Made by a program: the position numbers and the translations under genes. Of a DNA stretch of 62,174 nt, positions 50,082 to 59,872 are shown piece by piece; position 1 is the first letter of the stretch; each line of letters opens with the position of its first letter. The stretch comes from a virus. Lineage: Duplodnaviria > Caudoviricetes. The stretch spans positions 1-62,174 of IMG/VR virus record IMGVR_UViG_3300026512_000013; one strand, given 5' to 3'. The notes beneath the pieces were generated by a model. The model was not told where the DNA came from and did no database searches. It saw only the letters and a list, made by a program, of their open reading frames with translations.

Positions 50082-50930
50082 TTAAAATAAATTATTAGTT
50101 GCATTTCTTTTTGACTCTTTACTACTGTCTAAATAAATTTGAGTAGTAGTAATTTGTTTATGGTTCATTAACTCTCTTACAGTATTAATATCAGTAACTT
50201 TAATAGCCATAGATGCAAATGAAGCTCTTAAAGTATGAGTATGTTGTAACTCAATATCATTAGTAACTAATTTAAGATATTTTTTAGCAACTCTCTCAGC
50301 ACTTCTATTAGATAATTTAGTCTTTTGATTAGATAAAAATAAATAATTACTATCTACATTAGGTCTCTCATTGTTAATATAGTTATCAATACTCTTCATA
50401 GCTTTATCATTAATAGGCAATACTCTACGCTCTCCTCCTTTTCTTATAATAGTAACTTCATTAGTATCATAATTAATATTGTTTAATTGAACATTGCATA
50501 TCTCATTTAATCTCATTCCTGTTGCTAATGATAAAGTAATAAAACATTCATCTCTTAAATTTTTCTTTTCAATAGATAATAACTTATTAACTTGAGTCTC
50601 ATTTAAAGCTCTACGTTTAGTATCATCTTTCTTAATTTTAAAAGTTCTTAATTTAAGAGAAGGATTGCTTTCAATAACTTCAATATCAGTTAGAAAACTA
50701 TAATATTTTTTTAATGAAACAATATAATTATTAATAGTGTTTAAGCTCATAGAAGCCATTCTAAGCTCTTTTATTATGCTTGCCAACTCAAAGTACCTAG
50801 AGTTGATTAAATCGTGTGTATGGGCGATTTTGACAACGTTAGAGCTATATTTATCAATACTTAATTGTGCTAAATTCTCATTGTATCTCATATAGTCTTT
50901 CCATTCATTAATATAATTATTAGTTTTCAT
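50082..50930 (-). CDS. XerC/D-like tyrosine recombinase
   Basis: TGMR..E, RKGG.ER, HTLR.SFA, LMNH....TTQIY. Confidence 0.9.
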   Translation of the reverse strand: MKTNNYINEWKDYMRYNENLAQLSIDKYSSNVVKIAHTHDLINSRYFELASIIKELRMASMSLNTINNYIVSLKKYYSFLTDIEVIESNPSLKLRTFKIKKDDTKRRALNETQVNKLLSIEKKNLRDECFITLSLATGMRLNEICNVQLNNINYDTNEVTIIRKGGERRVLPINDKAMKSIDNYINNERPNVDSNYLFLSNQKTKLSNRSAERVAKKYLKLVTNDIELQHTHTLRASFASMAIKVTDINTVRELMNHKQITTTQIYLDSSKESKRNATNNLF

Positions 50931-51036
50931 ATATACCTCCTATTAATTTAATATCCCTTTGTTGATAAAGTTATTATATGACACTTTAAATAATTTGTCA
51001 AGAGAATAAATTAAATAAATTAAATTAAACTGTTGT

Positions 51037-51399
51037 TTAAGTATTAAGACTTTTAACAATATCAATTTCGTATTTAGATAAAAGAACCATTATTTCAAAT
51101 TCAATAGAATTTAAATTGTGTTCCATTCGTACATCAGATAAAAAATTATATATTGAGCTATTATTAAAATTAGGATTATTATACATACTATTATAATATA
51201 CTCCTGCCATTCTTACATATTCAATCATTTCATCAATATTATCAAAATCTCCATCATTATAATTCATTTGTTCTATTATAATTTTAATCTCAATTAAACT
51301 TAAATCAAAATTCTCCATTAGTTTTAACTCATAATCTTTAATCTCATAATCTTCTTGCTCATTTTTCTCATAGTCTTTCATATTACTCTCCTCTCTCAT
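51037..51399 (-). CDS. acidic hypothetical protein
   Basis: 120 aa with RBS. Confidence 0.7.
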   Translation of the reverse strand: MREESNMKDYEKNEQEDYEIKDYELKLMENFDLSLIEIKIIIEQMNYNDGDFDNIDEMIEYVRMAGVYYNSMYNNPNFNNSSIYNFLSDVRMEHNLNSIEFEIMVLLSKYEIDIVKSLNT

Positions 51400-51574
51400 A
51401 TATTATAATACACAATTGTATTATTTAATTTACAAGTCTTAAAACTACAAAAGACTCAATAAATCAAAATTAATTGATTTATCAAGTCTTTTTAATGCTT
51501 AATTCTTGTTGATAACTGTTTACTTTGTAAGTATATCACACTATAATATAAAAGTCAACAATTATTTTATTTAT

Positions 51575-51904
51575 TTAATCATTAGTGTTAGTATCTATTT
51601 CAGTTTTAACTTTAATATCTTTAGTACCTTTTAAAACAGAGTCATTAAAATCACTAATACCATTACTTGTAAAAGAAATACTACAAGCTGAAAGAACATA
51701 TAATACTATATCCCAATATTCAAATGTACCACCATGTAAATTTACTATAACCAATAATATAAATGCAATTATAGCACTATAATATTTAGTTCTAATTAAT
51801 TTTATTAAAGGTAATTCCTTTGTAAACTCAACTAACATAAATACAGAAGCTACAAAAGTGGAAAATGTTATTAACATATCCCAACTTACAAAACTCTCAA
51901 ACAT
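51575..51904 (-). CDS. putative holin
   Basis: three TM segments, VEFTKELP motif, charged tail; near lysis genes. Confidence 0.65.
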   Translation of the reverse strand: MFESFVSWDMLITFSTFVASVFMLVEFTKELPLIKLIRTKYYSAIIAFILLVIVNLHGGTFEYWDIVLYVLSACSISFTSNGISDFNDSVLKGTKDIKVKTEIDTNTND

Positions 51905-51923
51905 ATTTAATCATCTCCTTATA

Positions 51924-52265
51924 TTAAACTTCTTCAGTCTTAGTCTCTTCAGTTTTAACTTCATCTATTACTTCTACTTCATTAATCATTGGTAATTCTA
52001 CAAGAGGTTTTACATTCTCTTTGCCAAATAATTCTCGTAAAATATCAAGTTTATCAGAAGTCATTGTACGATTACCACCAAATTTATCAGCCTCTGGAGT
52101 AAAATACCATTGTGTTCCACGTTGAAATACTAAATACCCATTATCCTCATAACTTAATTCTGGGTCGCCTAAATCTGCATGGCACTTTGCATCTTCACTC
52201 TCGATTGGAATACAAAACGCTCTGTTGATATAAAAACTATTTTCAATTACATTTACATTTTTCAT
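51924..52265 (-). CDS. hypothetical (virion-accessory region) protein
   Basis: 113 aa, RBS AGGAGG. Confidence 0.7.
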   Translation of the reverse strand: MKNVNVIENSFYINRAFCIPIESEDAKCHADLGDPELSYEDNGYLVFQRGTQWYFTPEADKFGGNRTMTSDKLDILRELFGKENVKPLVELPMINEVEVIDEVKTEETKTEEV

Positions 52266-52278
52266 AATTTATTCCTCC

Positions 52279-52779
52279 TTATACTAATATAACTTTATTT
52301 ACTACTAATACTACTGAAAAGTGATAAATGGTTGCTGTGCATGCACCATCTGAAATTATCTTAAGATTTATTGTATCATTTTTCGATAAACTGAAAGGTG
52401 CGTCAATTGAGAATGGCACTTTAGATATATTACTCTCTGACTTAGATACGTTCTCTGAACTCTTAACTTCTACATTATTCTGAAATTGTGCTAATCTTAA
52501 CGTTACGTTTTTAGTATCACAGTATATAGAACAAGATATATTCATTCCTAATTCTACATCATTATCTCCTATATATGTCACTACACCATTTGAATAAGTA
52601 AAATCTCCAGACGTTTCAAATTCCACATCTACAAAAGTTACGTCCATTGTGCCTGCTTCTGTAAATATGTGAGGTGAACCAATATCGCTTGTTGACTTTC
52701 CTTCAAATTTAGAAGGATTGATTATATTTTTAATTGCTACATCTAATTCCTTACCTGTGCTTAAACTTTGATAACTCAT
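52279..52779 (-). CDS. putative fibre/decoration protein, C1q/BclA-like beta C-terminus
   Basis: N-terminal MSY..LSTG.ELD motif; beta-rich. Confidence 0.55.
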   Translation of the reverse strand: MSYQSLSTGKELDVAIKNIINPSKFEGKSTSDIGSPHIFTEAGTMDVTFVDVEFETSGDFTYSNGVVTYIGDNDVELGMNISCSIYCDTKNVTLRLAQFQNNVEVKSSENVSKSESNISKVPFSIDAPFSLSKNDTINLKIISDGACTATIYHFSVVLVVNKVILV

Positions 52780-52798
52780 TGTTCAATCACCTCTTTCT

Positions 52799-53365
52799 TT
52801 ATTTAGTAAAAACCCCACGACTTCCGTCACCGTTTTTCAAAAAATGGTAGCCAAGCGAAAGAAACAGAGCATCTGAGCCATATGTATCCTCTGCATCTGT
52901 AGGGTCTCTGAATAATCTAAACCCTATTATATCACCTATATTTATATTAGTACCATCAATAACTTGAAACTCTACTACTTTATGAACTCTATCTTCATCA
53001 TCGGTAGAGTCTACTGCATCTAATGTTACAACAGTTGTTGGAGCATTATCTACACTAAATATACTGTATTCTAATTGCCATTTAACATCGCCTGCGTTAG
53101 CATTATCAGCACACCAATGAATATGAGGTCTTAAATCTGAACCCACAAAATAACTATGTGGTATCTCAAAACTTCCACTCATTTCTTCTGTTGTCGATGC
53201 TCCATTAAAACCATACACATCAATATTACCGATTAAAGTTTTCTTATCTGGTCTAGCAGTCCCACCTTGAATAGTATAAGGTAATAGTATAATATCGTCC
53301 CATACTGTGTCGGAATGAAAACCTTTATCCAAGTCTACACCTGTTGTTACTGTTTCATAACTCAT
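52799..53365 (-). CDS. putative virion fibre/decoration protein
   Basis: N-terminal MSY..VTTG.DLD; WDD, PH.Y..GS...PHIHW, V.WQLEY, LFRD....DTY..DA. Confidence 0.6.
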   Translation of the reverse strand: MSYETVTTGVDLDKGFHSDTVWDDIILLPYTIQGGTARPDKKTLIGNIDVYGFNGASTTEEMSGSFEIPHSYFVGSDLRPHIHWCADNANAGDVKWQLEYSIFSVDNAPTTVVTLDAVDSTDDEDRVHKVVEFQVIDGTNINIGDIIGFRLFRDPTDAEDTYGSDALFLSLGYHFLKNGDGSRGVFTK

Positions 53366-54561
53366 TCTACCGCCTCCAATTTTATAATTCTTTCATTTTT
53401 TATTCTTTCCATATTTTCAAAATTACTATATTCACACCATCCAATTTTAGTCCCTCTTCTTAAATATTTTTTTATAGTTTCAGGATGTAAATTATAACAT
53501 GTTGATAGTGCTGACACAGATTTTCCACTTTTAAAATCTATCGATATATCTTTAACTACTCCTTTTTGGGAATCAGAATAAACTCTAATCCAATCTACTC
53601 TTTCCATATGAAAATGCTGTTTTAAAGATTTTATACACTGGTTTTTAATGTATTCAAAATTTGTTTTTTTTAAATTAATAATAATATAATTGTTCTTTTT
53701 TATATTATTATTTATAGCTAAATCAAATTTTATTTTATCATTTTCTTTAATCTTTTCAAGTGTCCACTTACCCCACCCAACACTTCTATTATAATGTATA
53801 CATCCATGAGCTTCAATTATAATATTTTTTTCTGGAATATAAAAATCATATCTTTTACTTTTAGCCCATTCTGGAGAATATTCTCTCTCATACGTAATTT
53901 TAATTTGATTTAATACATTCTTAACAATGTTTTCAGACATATATGTTGCATCCCCACAAATTGGACAATTATAACCGTATAAATATAAAGAGTAAATTGG
54001 TTTCACTTCCTCAAACCCGCAAATTGGGCAAATTACATTAACCTTATGTTTTGAATGGCATGTATAGCTAAATGCCTCATTTTTATTTTTAAAATATTGA
54101 ATTAAATCTTTTCTATTTTCCCCTACACTACCTCTTTTGTTCACAATATTTTTAATGCGACTATTTACAATACTTTCCATTGTACATATATCACATCCAA
54201 GTATACTTTTCTGAGATAAACGAGTCCAACTAATTTTAAAATAATGATTATGTTTTTTACAAAAGAATGTTAAAAGTGAATGAGTATTAATATACGTACT
54301 TTTATTAAACATTAATTTTAAGTCACTATTATGAATAATTAAATACCTTTGTATATTATATAGAACATATTTATTTGAATTATAAAATGGCTTCGAAACA
54401 CCACTTTTCTTTAATTTTTTTATTGTGACTCTTAAAATATACCCATTAACATCATAACAATATATAGGGGCAATTCTATTTTTAATTGATTCCCCTTTTA
54501 TTAATGAAAGGTTATTTTCCTTTAACATTCTTAAATAATTATCTCTTAATTTTTTATTCAC
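53362..54561 (-). CDS. free-standing endonuclease (zinc ribbons plus Vsr/DUF559-like PD-(D/E)XK domain plus HTH)
   Basis: CPICG repeats; SE, RYDFYIP...IEAHG..HY...ND..K. Confidence 0.75.
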   Translation of the reverse strand: MNKKLRDNYLRMLKENNLSLIKGESIKNRIAPIYCYDVNGYILRVTIKKLKKSGVSKPFYNSNKYVLYNIQRYLIIHNSDLKLMFNKSTYINTHSLLTFFCKKHNHYFKISWTRLSQKSILGCDICTMESIVNSRIKNIVNKRGSVGENRKDLIQYFKNKNEAFSYTCHSKHKVNVICPICGFEEVKPIYSLYLYGYNCPICGDATYMSENIVKNVLNQIKITYEREYSPEWAKSKRYDFYIPEKNIIIEAHGCIHYNRSVGWGKWTLEKIKENDKIKFDLAINNNIKKNNYIIINLKKTNFEYIKNQCIKSLKQHFHMERVDWIRVYSDSQKGVVKDISIDFKSGKSVSALSTCYNLHPETIKKYLRRGTKIGWCEYSNFENMERIKNERIIKLEAVE

Positions 54562-54597
54562 GATTCCACTTCCTATAGGTTTATAAACTATGTTATA

Positions 54598-55452
54598 TTA
54601 CCTTGATACTGTGACTCCTTCTTTTAACACGTATAGCATTCCATCAGCTGTAATATAAGGCTCATATTCACCACTGCCCTCAGCAGTTTGTACCATGTAA
54701 GGCTCGTTTAATTTTAATGCTTTACATGCTTTGTATAAACAATCGCCTGTTAATGGTGTTTCATAAAACATTATTTTCTGCTTATCAAGTGATACGAATA
54801 ACTGATTGTTAGTGATGTTTGCTAACTTATCAACTTGCAATAAATTAGGTTTTCCATCAGTGAATAATATCTCATTATCATCGTAACTCGCTGCAAAATA
54901 GTCATCTGCCATTGCTATTACATTACAACTTTCAAAATATCCTTGTTGTACTAGCTTTAACATTACTTCTTCTGAATAATCTTCAATGCCTAATTCAGTT
55001 TTATCAACACCTATAAAATCGTCAAAATAATGTTCGCCATCAGAAGAAAGTGTTTCATCAATTCGTATACCACCGTTCGTAGCAATTACAGTTGTATGGC
55101 TTAATTTCCAATCACCCGAAACAATTTCGCCATAATCAAGAGGTGTCCAAGTACCATGTTCATTAATTTTTAATCTTGCACCAACATCACTTTTTATATA
55201 AACACAACAAAAGATTTCATGCCCATTAGGAAAAATGACATCTCGATATAATGCATCAGATGCTGTATATTTATAAGCTGATTTTCCGCTACTATGAAAT
55301 TCACTTGTAGATATTGCTGTGTTTCCACTTGCAATCCAATTGGCAAAATCATCGCTGAAATCACCATTTGTAACTTCGTTATCAATTGCCATTTCTACGA
55401 AATTACTTTTTATTTCTCCAATTGATTCTGCTTTCGGCATATAACTACTCAT
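54598..55452 (-). CDS. putative fibre protein segment with carbohydrate-binding-like module
   Basis: N.VTNGDFS...W...YFDDF; C-terminal ITADG.LYV. Confidence 0.6.
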   Translation of the reverse strand: MSSYMPKAESIGEIKSNFVEMAIDNEVTNGDFSDDFANWIASGNTAISTSEFHSSGKSAYKYTASDALYRDVIFPNGHEIFCCVYIKSDVGARLKINEHGTWTPLDYGEIVSGDWKLSHTTVIATNGGIRIDETLSSDGEHYFDDFIGVDKTELGIEDYSEEVMLKLVQQGYFESCNVIAMADDYFAASYDDNEILFTDGKPNLLQVDKLANITNNQLFVSLDKQKIMFYETPLTGDCLYKACKALKLNEPYMVQTAEGSGEYEPYITADGMLYVLKEGVTVSR

Positions 55453-55472
55453 ATTTCACCTCTTTAATTATC

Positions 55473-56417
55473 TTAATCATTTTTAACCATCCTTTCTATT
55501 ATGCCGAAATGAATATACGAAAAACATTCAGTATGTCCATCTCTACGTTTAAATTTTGGCATATAACTATATTTACTATGAATACTATGTAAACTATTTT
55601 CAATGTAAGTTGCATCATATTTATTAGTTTCTATAGTATATAATATATCTATCTCATAGCCATTAATTAATAAATGACTTCTTCTTGATTTAGGATTAGT
55701 ACTTATTCCTATTTTATAAAATGATACTTCGTCATTATAAAAATGCATAACATAAACATAAGCTTTCTCATTTAACCATTCTGATTTATTTCTTTCAGCT
55801 ATTACAAAATTATATCCACCTTTTCTATTTAACATTGTTGGATGGCATTTTTTACATGTATAAATATCTTTATGTAAAAAATTATAGAAACCCTCTTCAA
55901 CAACATGTCCACATGATGCAATATATTTAACTCTTGTTTCAATATTTTGTCCTTCACACCATAATAATTTACAACCTCTACTAGCAAATAGTTTTTCTCT
56001 GTTTTCATAATACCATGGATTACCATCACCAAATATTGTTGGATTAATATGATTTCTTATAGTGCCTATTGAAACATATACATAATATCCATCTTTATTT
56101 ATACATTTAACTTTTACTTGAATATTGTACATTATGGTATTATTATCAACTACTTCATACCCATTATCTTTTAATATTTTATGATATTCTATATCCTTTT
56201 GAACAATCTTTTCTGCGTTATGGCATTCTGAACAAAATCCTGTATTATTAGAATATATAGTAGATGAAGCGGAAGTAGATATACAGCCACATTTTCCAAT
56301 ATATGTTATTAATTTATATTTACCTGAATAATCAAAACAAATAAATTCAGCACCTATTTTTTTTAGTCTTTCTTCTGTATCTCGATACATCTTTTCTAAC
56401 CTTTTATTACTCACCAT
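55473..56417 (-). CDS. free-standing GIY-YIG/T5orf172-like endonuclease with zinc-finger repeats
   Basis: YVYV...FYKIGIS.NP..R...E..LH...GHTECF. Confidence 0.75.
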   Translation of the reverse strand: MVSNKRLEKMYRDTEERLKKIGAEFICFDYSGKYKLITYIGKCGCISTSASSTIYSNNTGFCSECHNAEKIVQKDIEYHKILKDNGYEVVDNNTIMYNIQVKVKCINKDGYYVYVSIGTIRNHINPTIFGDGNPWYYENREKLFASRGCKLLWCEGQNIETRVKYIASCGHVVEEGFYNFLHKDIYTCKKCHPTMLNRKGGYNFVIAERNKSEWLNEKAYVYVMHFYNDEVSFYKIGISTNPKSRRSHLLINGYEIDILYTIETNKYDATYIENSLHSIHSKYSYMPKFKRRDGHTECFSYIHFGIIERMVKND

Positions 56418-57201
56418 CTTTTACCCACGCAAAAAGTGTGCCATAGCGGTCTGCTGAAATAGGTGTACCATCTTCCGCAGGTATTGTGCATAATTCGTCA
56501 AGGTGGTAGCCTTCCCATGGGACGTAAGGTGTGGGTTCTATGCCGAGTTCGAGTTGTGGTGTAATAATTAAATTATCAAATGCAATTCCGCTCGGTATAT
56601 ATAAATAAGCATATGAATAATATTTATCATTTAATATTTCAGTTTTAGATATATTAACTGATTGTACTGACAAAATCATTTCATCAGTTTTATTTCTAAA
56701 ACCTAACGCATATCCATCAGACGTACCAGAAATTTTATTTAAACTTAGTGTATAGTTTTCACCTGTATTTTCAATTAAAATATTTTGTTTTGTCCATTCA
56801 ATTTGCCTTGAAATATTTAATTCTAAGCCTCGTGTAAGCTTTACCCAAGTTGTATTATTAGTAGTTCCGTCAATCTTTATTTGATTATTAGAAATCTCAA
56901 CAGTAATTCCGTTTAAAGTTTCAATGCCTTCTTCAAATAATAACAAATTCTTCCCTGTTGCCTTCGCAATCGTTCCCCCGTACTTGTCAAAGTCTGACTT
57001 AACCGCAAGGGTTTCTACTGTTGGAGTTGCAGGGCTAAGCATCTGTTGAAACTCTTTCACCTCTATTGCTTGACCTTGTGAATTAACTACGTTCACAGGT
57101 ATCATTCCCAAAGATTGTCTTTCATTTATCGCTAATTTAAGCAATCTACCATTTGGATAACTTGATTTATCCATATTTAATACCTCCTTCCAATAACTCA
57201 T
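56407..57201 (-). CDS. putative fibre protein segment (start probably ATG 57174)
   Basis: GKNLL...PQLELG..PTPYVP module; RBS AAGGAGGT before MDKSSY. Confidence 0.6.
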   Translation of the reverse strand: MSYWKEVLNMDKSSYPNGRLLKLAINERQSLGMIPVNVVNSQGQAIEVKEFQQMLSPATPTVETLAVKSDFDKYGGTIAKATGKNLLLFEEGIETLNGITVEISNNQIKIDGTTNNTTWVKLTRGLELNISRQIEWTKQNILIENTGENYTLSLNKISGTSDGYALGFRNKTDEMILSVQSVNISKTEILNDKYYSYAYLYIPSGIAFDNLIITPQLELGIEPTPYVPWEGYHLDELCTIPAEDGTPISADRYGTLFAWVKDGE

Positions 57202-57230
57202 GCTTATTCCATAAATTTTTAAGAAATATT

Positions 57231-58180
57231 TTATTCATTATAAATACCACCTATTTTTATTATTCTATCAATCTCATTTTGTGTTTCATTAGATATTTTA
57301 GAGAAACATTCTGTGTGTCCTTTGAAAAATATTTTAGGTTCATATGAATATTCACTGTTTAATTCATGCAAATGTTTTTCAATATATACAGCATAATAAA
57401 AATTAGTTTTAATATATATTCTATCTTTCTTATTTTTTTATATGGAATATGTGCTAATCTTATATAAGGTTTATTTTTAGTTAGCCCAATTTTATATAAT
57501 GATTCATTATCATTGTATAAATTCACAATATATACTGTGCATGGAATAGTTAACCATTCTTCTTTATTTAATTCTGCCTTCTCTTTAGATAAGTAAGCAC
57601 GTTTATTCCCCTCACATTTTTTTCTCGCACAAGCAGAGCACAATTTAGGATATTTTGTTTTCGTTAAATTTCCACAATTTCTAACTATTGTATGTCCACA
57701 CTCTCCTATATAAGTGACTTCTGAATAAGAGCCATATCTCTTTTTCTCTATGAATTCACAACCTAATGACTCTATTATATCTTTAGTTTTCTTGTCCATT
57801 CTTTGAGCAAATGCATTACCTTTTTCTAACTTACATTTTTCACATTGTTGACGTCCTCCACTTTTAAACTCATTAATAAGTTCATACACTTCATGCCCAC
57901 ATTTTGTTATAAAATGGCTCTTTTTTCCAACAATATAATAATCATCTAAAAATTCACAACCAACTGATTTCATATACTTTTTAAAATTATAAACAACATA
58001 AGGATTTCTGTCAAAAAGAACAGGAGTATTACCAGCTCTAAGCATTTTTAAACTTGTGCTAACTAAATACCCTTCTGAGTTTCTACATTTCACCTTATCT
58101 TTAACTTTATTAACAGAAGTAACATCAATTAATTCTAAATTATATTTATCAAAATCTTTTTGAGTATACATAATTATCAC
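57231..58180 (-). pseudogene. GIY-YIG/T5orf172-like endonuclease, frameshifted at ~57415
   Basis: paralog of 55473..56417; after IEY the homologous IKTNFYYAVYIEKHLH...GHTECF continues in another frame to a stop at 57231. Confidence 0.7.
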
Positions 58181-58740
58181 GATTGTGGAATATAATCTAT
58201 TTCTAATAAACTTAAATTATTATTAAATTTATATGAGCTTGACCCTATTACAAATAATCTATCAATTATGAAAGAAGCATTACTTGATAAAGTTTGTGTG
58301 TCTTTTAATATATCATCTACCATTAATTTAACATTTGTATCTTCTCTAACTATTTTCACATTCTTATTTTCAAAACTTATATCAGAAATTAAAGTAACAC
58401 TAATACCGCTTCCTATTGCATGTCTTAATTGTGTTGTGGAATCAACAATTAACCACATATTAGTATCTGTAGAATTTCCTAATAAAGTTTGTGTACTTAC
58501 ATTTTGAAAATCAAACATAGTTTCAATTGTATAATTTGTGCCTAAATTAATTTCATCAAATGTTGCATATGTCTCAGAATTAGCAACTAATGCCAAAGCT
58601 CTTTCTGCATCTCTACTCTTTTTCCCTATTTTATCAATTAGTGGAGTGGTGTATAGGTCTAAACCACAATTTTTCTGTAAATAATAAGTAGAATTAAATA
58701 CATTTCTATTTAATAAAGTCATACTCATTGTATTTAACAT
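58177..58740 (-). CDS. LamG/ConA-like domain protein (virion accessory)
   Basis: beta-rich, YTIE..F, IVRE...VKL.VD, IG...F..NL pattern. Confidence 0.55.
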   Translation of the reverse strand: MLNTMSMTLLNRNVFNSTYYLQKNCGLDLYTTPLIDKIGKKSRDAERALALVANSETYATFDEINLGTNYTIETMFDFQNVSTQTLLGNSTDTNMWLIVDSTTQLRHAIGSGISVTLISDISFENKNVKIVREDTNVKLMVDDILKDTQTLSSNASFIIDRLFVIGSSSYKFNNNLSLLEIDYIPQS

Positions 58741-58754
58741 ATAATCACCTTACC

Positions 58755-59036
58755 TTATATTGTTCTAAAAGCTACAAGAGAACCTTCAATAACAGTTATC
58801 TCAGTAAATCCAATTTCTCCACCAAATCTAACTTCTCCGCTTGCTAATTCATAAGTTATTGTTTCAGGAGCATTTTCCCATGTAGGTTTAACTGTTACAG
58901 TACAATTTTCTTGAGCTTGTATTATTTTAAAATGTCCCTCTACTAATTCATCAATAGGTGCAATGTAATACCCATTTAATCCTACGCTTGCTTGCCACAT
59001 TATCTCTGTTTTTCTGTCCATACCCATATAATTCAC
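58755..59036 (-). CDS. small beta-rich hypothetical protein
   Basis: 93 aa, FTEITVIEGSLVAF. Confidence 0.65.
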   Translation of the reverse strand: MNYMGMDRKTEIMWQASVGLNGYYIAPIDELVEGHFKIIQAQENCTVTVKPTWENAPETITYELASGEVRFGGEIGFTEITVIEGSLVAFRTI

Positions 59037-59106
59037 CTCTTTCTAATATTATTAAATTAATTAGTAATAATTTACTAATTATTATTCATTAATTATTACT
59101 CACTAA

Positions 59107-59838
59107 TTATTCACTTAATCTATCTATCATAGCCCAAAATACATAAGGCTCAATAGTTTCATTTTTTAAATTTTCTATATGCTCTTCTGGATTATTTAAA
59201 AAACCTTTTTTAGCTAAATTATTAATTGATTTTACAGCTAAATTATTTTTCCAATTATCTTTATCATTATCTTCTTTTTTATTATTTAATTTAATATTTA
59301 CAAAATCTTTAACTTGTTGTTTAAATTCAATAAATTTATCTTCATAAATGACAAAATATTTATGACAATTTTTACCTGTAATATCAAAATGCCTTATAAC
59401 ATCTTCTATTGGGTTTAAATTATACTCAATACATAAATCAGATACTCTATCAATCAAAGTTAAATAAGTATCTAAACTCATAAATCCTTCATCTGTAGTA
59501 TGAGTACACTCAATAGAATAAATACTATCATTAGGGTATTTACCTAACTCTTCAGCTAATCCACTTTCATTATAATAATAATCATTATTAGCACAACCAT
59601 ATGATATTTCATTATCTGGAATAATAACCCATACATCACCCGATAAATCAATAATTTCTTGACTGCTTCCGTATCCTGTCTTACCATTCTTTCTATTTTC
59701 AAAAAATTGTCTATTTTGCTTAGCTGTAGTATTACTATTACCTACCCAATGTATTACTAACTTTTTAATTTCCTTTAACTCTATTTGAGGTCTACTATAT
59801 TTATTTGGAGTTAAATAATCCGTTATTATTTTATACAT
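59107..59838 (-). CDS. endolysin, N-acetylmuramoyl-L-alanine amidase (Amidase_2)
   Basis: LVIHWVGN, SIE, IRHFDITGKNC. Confidence 0.85.
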   Translation of the reverse strand: MYKIITDYLTPNKYSRPQIELKEIKKLVIHWVGNSNTTAKQNRQFFENRKNGKTGYGSSQEIIDLSGDVWVIIPDNEISYGCANNDYYYNESGLAEELGKYPNDSIYSIECTHTTDEGFMSLDTYLTLIDRVSDLCIEYNLNPIEDVIRHFDITGKNCHKYFVIYEDKFIEFKQQVKDFVNIKLNNKKEDNDKDNWKNNLAVKSINNLAKKGFLNNPEEHIENLKNETIEPYVFWAMIDRLSE

Positions 59839-59872
59839 AATATTACTCTCCTTTTAATTTAGTAACTATTTA

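Noticed and set aside
38033-56032. Nested minus-strand ORFs 38033..38218, 55194..55385 and 55829..56032
   Set aside because: Alternative-frame ORFs inside longer genes with no independent support
53362-58180. Group I introns housing the endonucleases
   Set aside because: Intergenic gaps are too short and no P4/P6/P7 core sequences are visible
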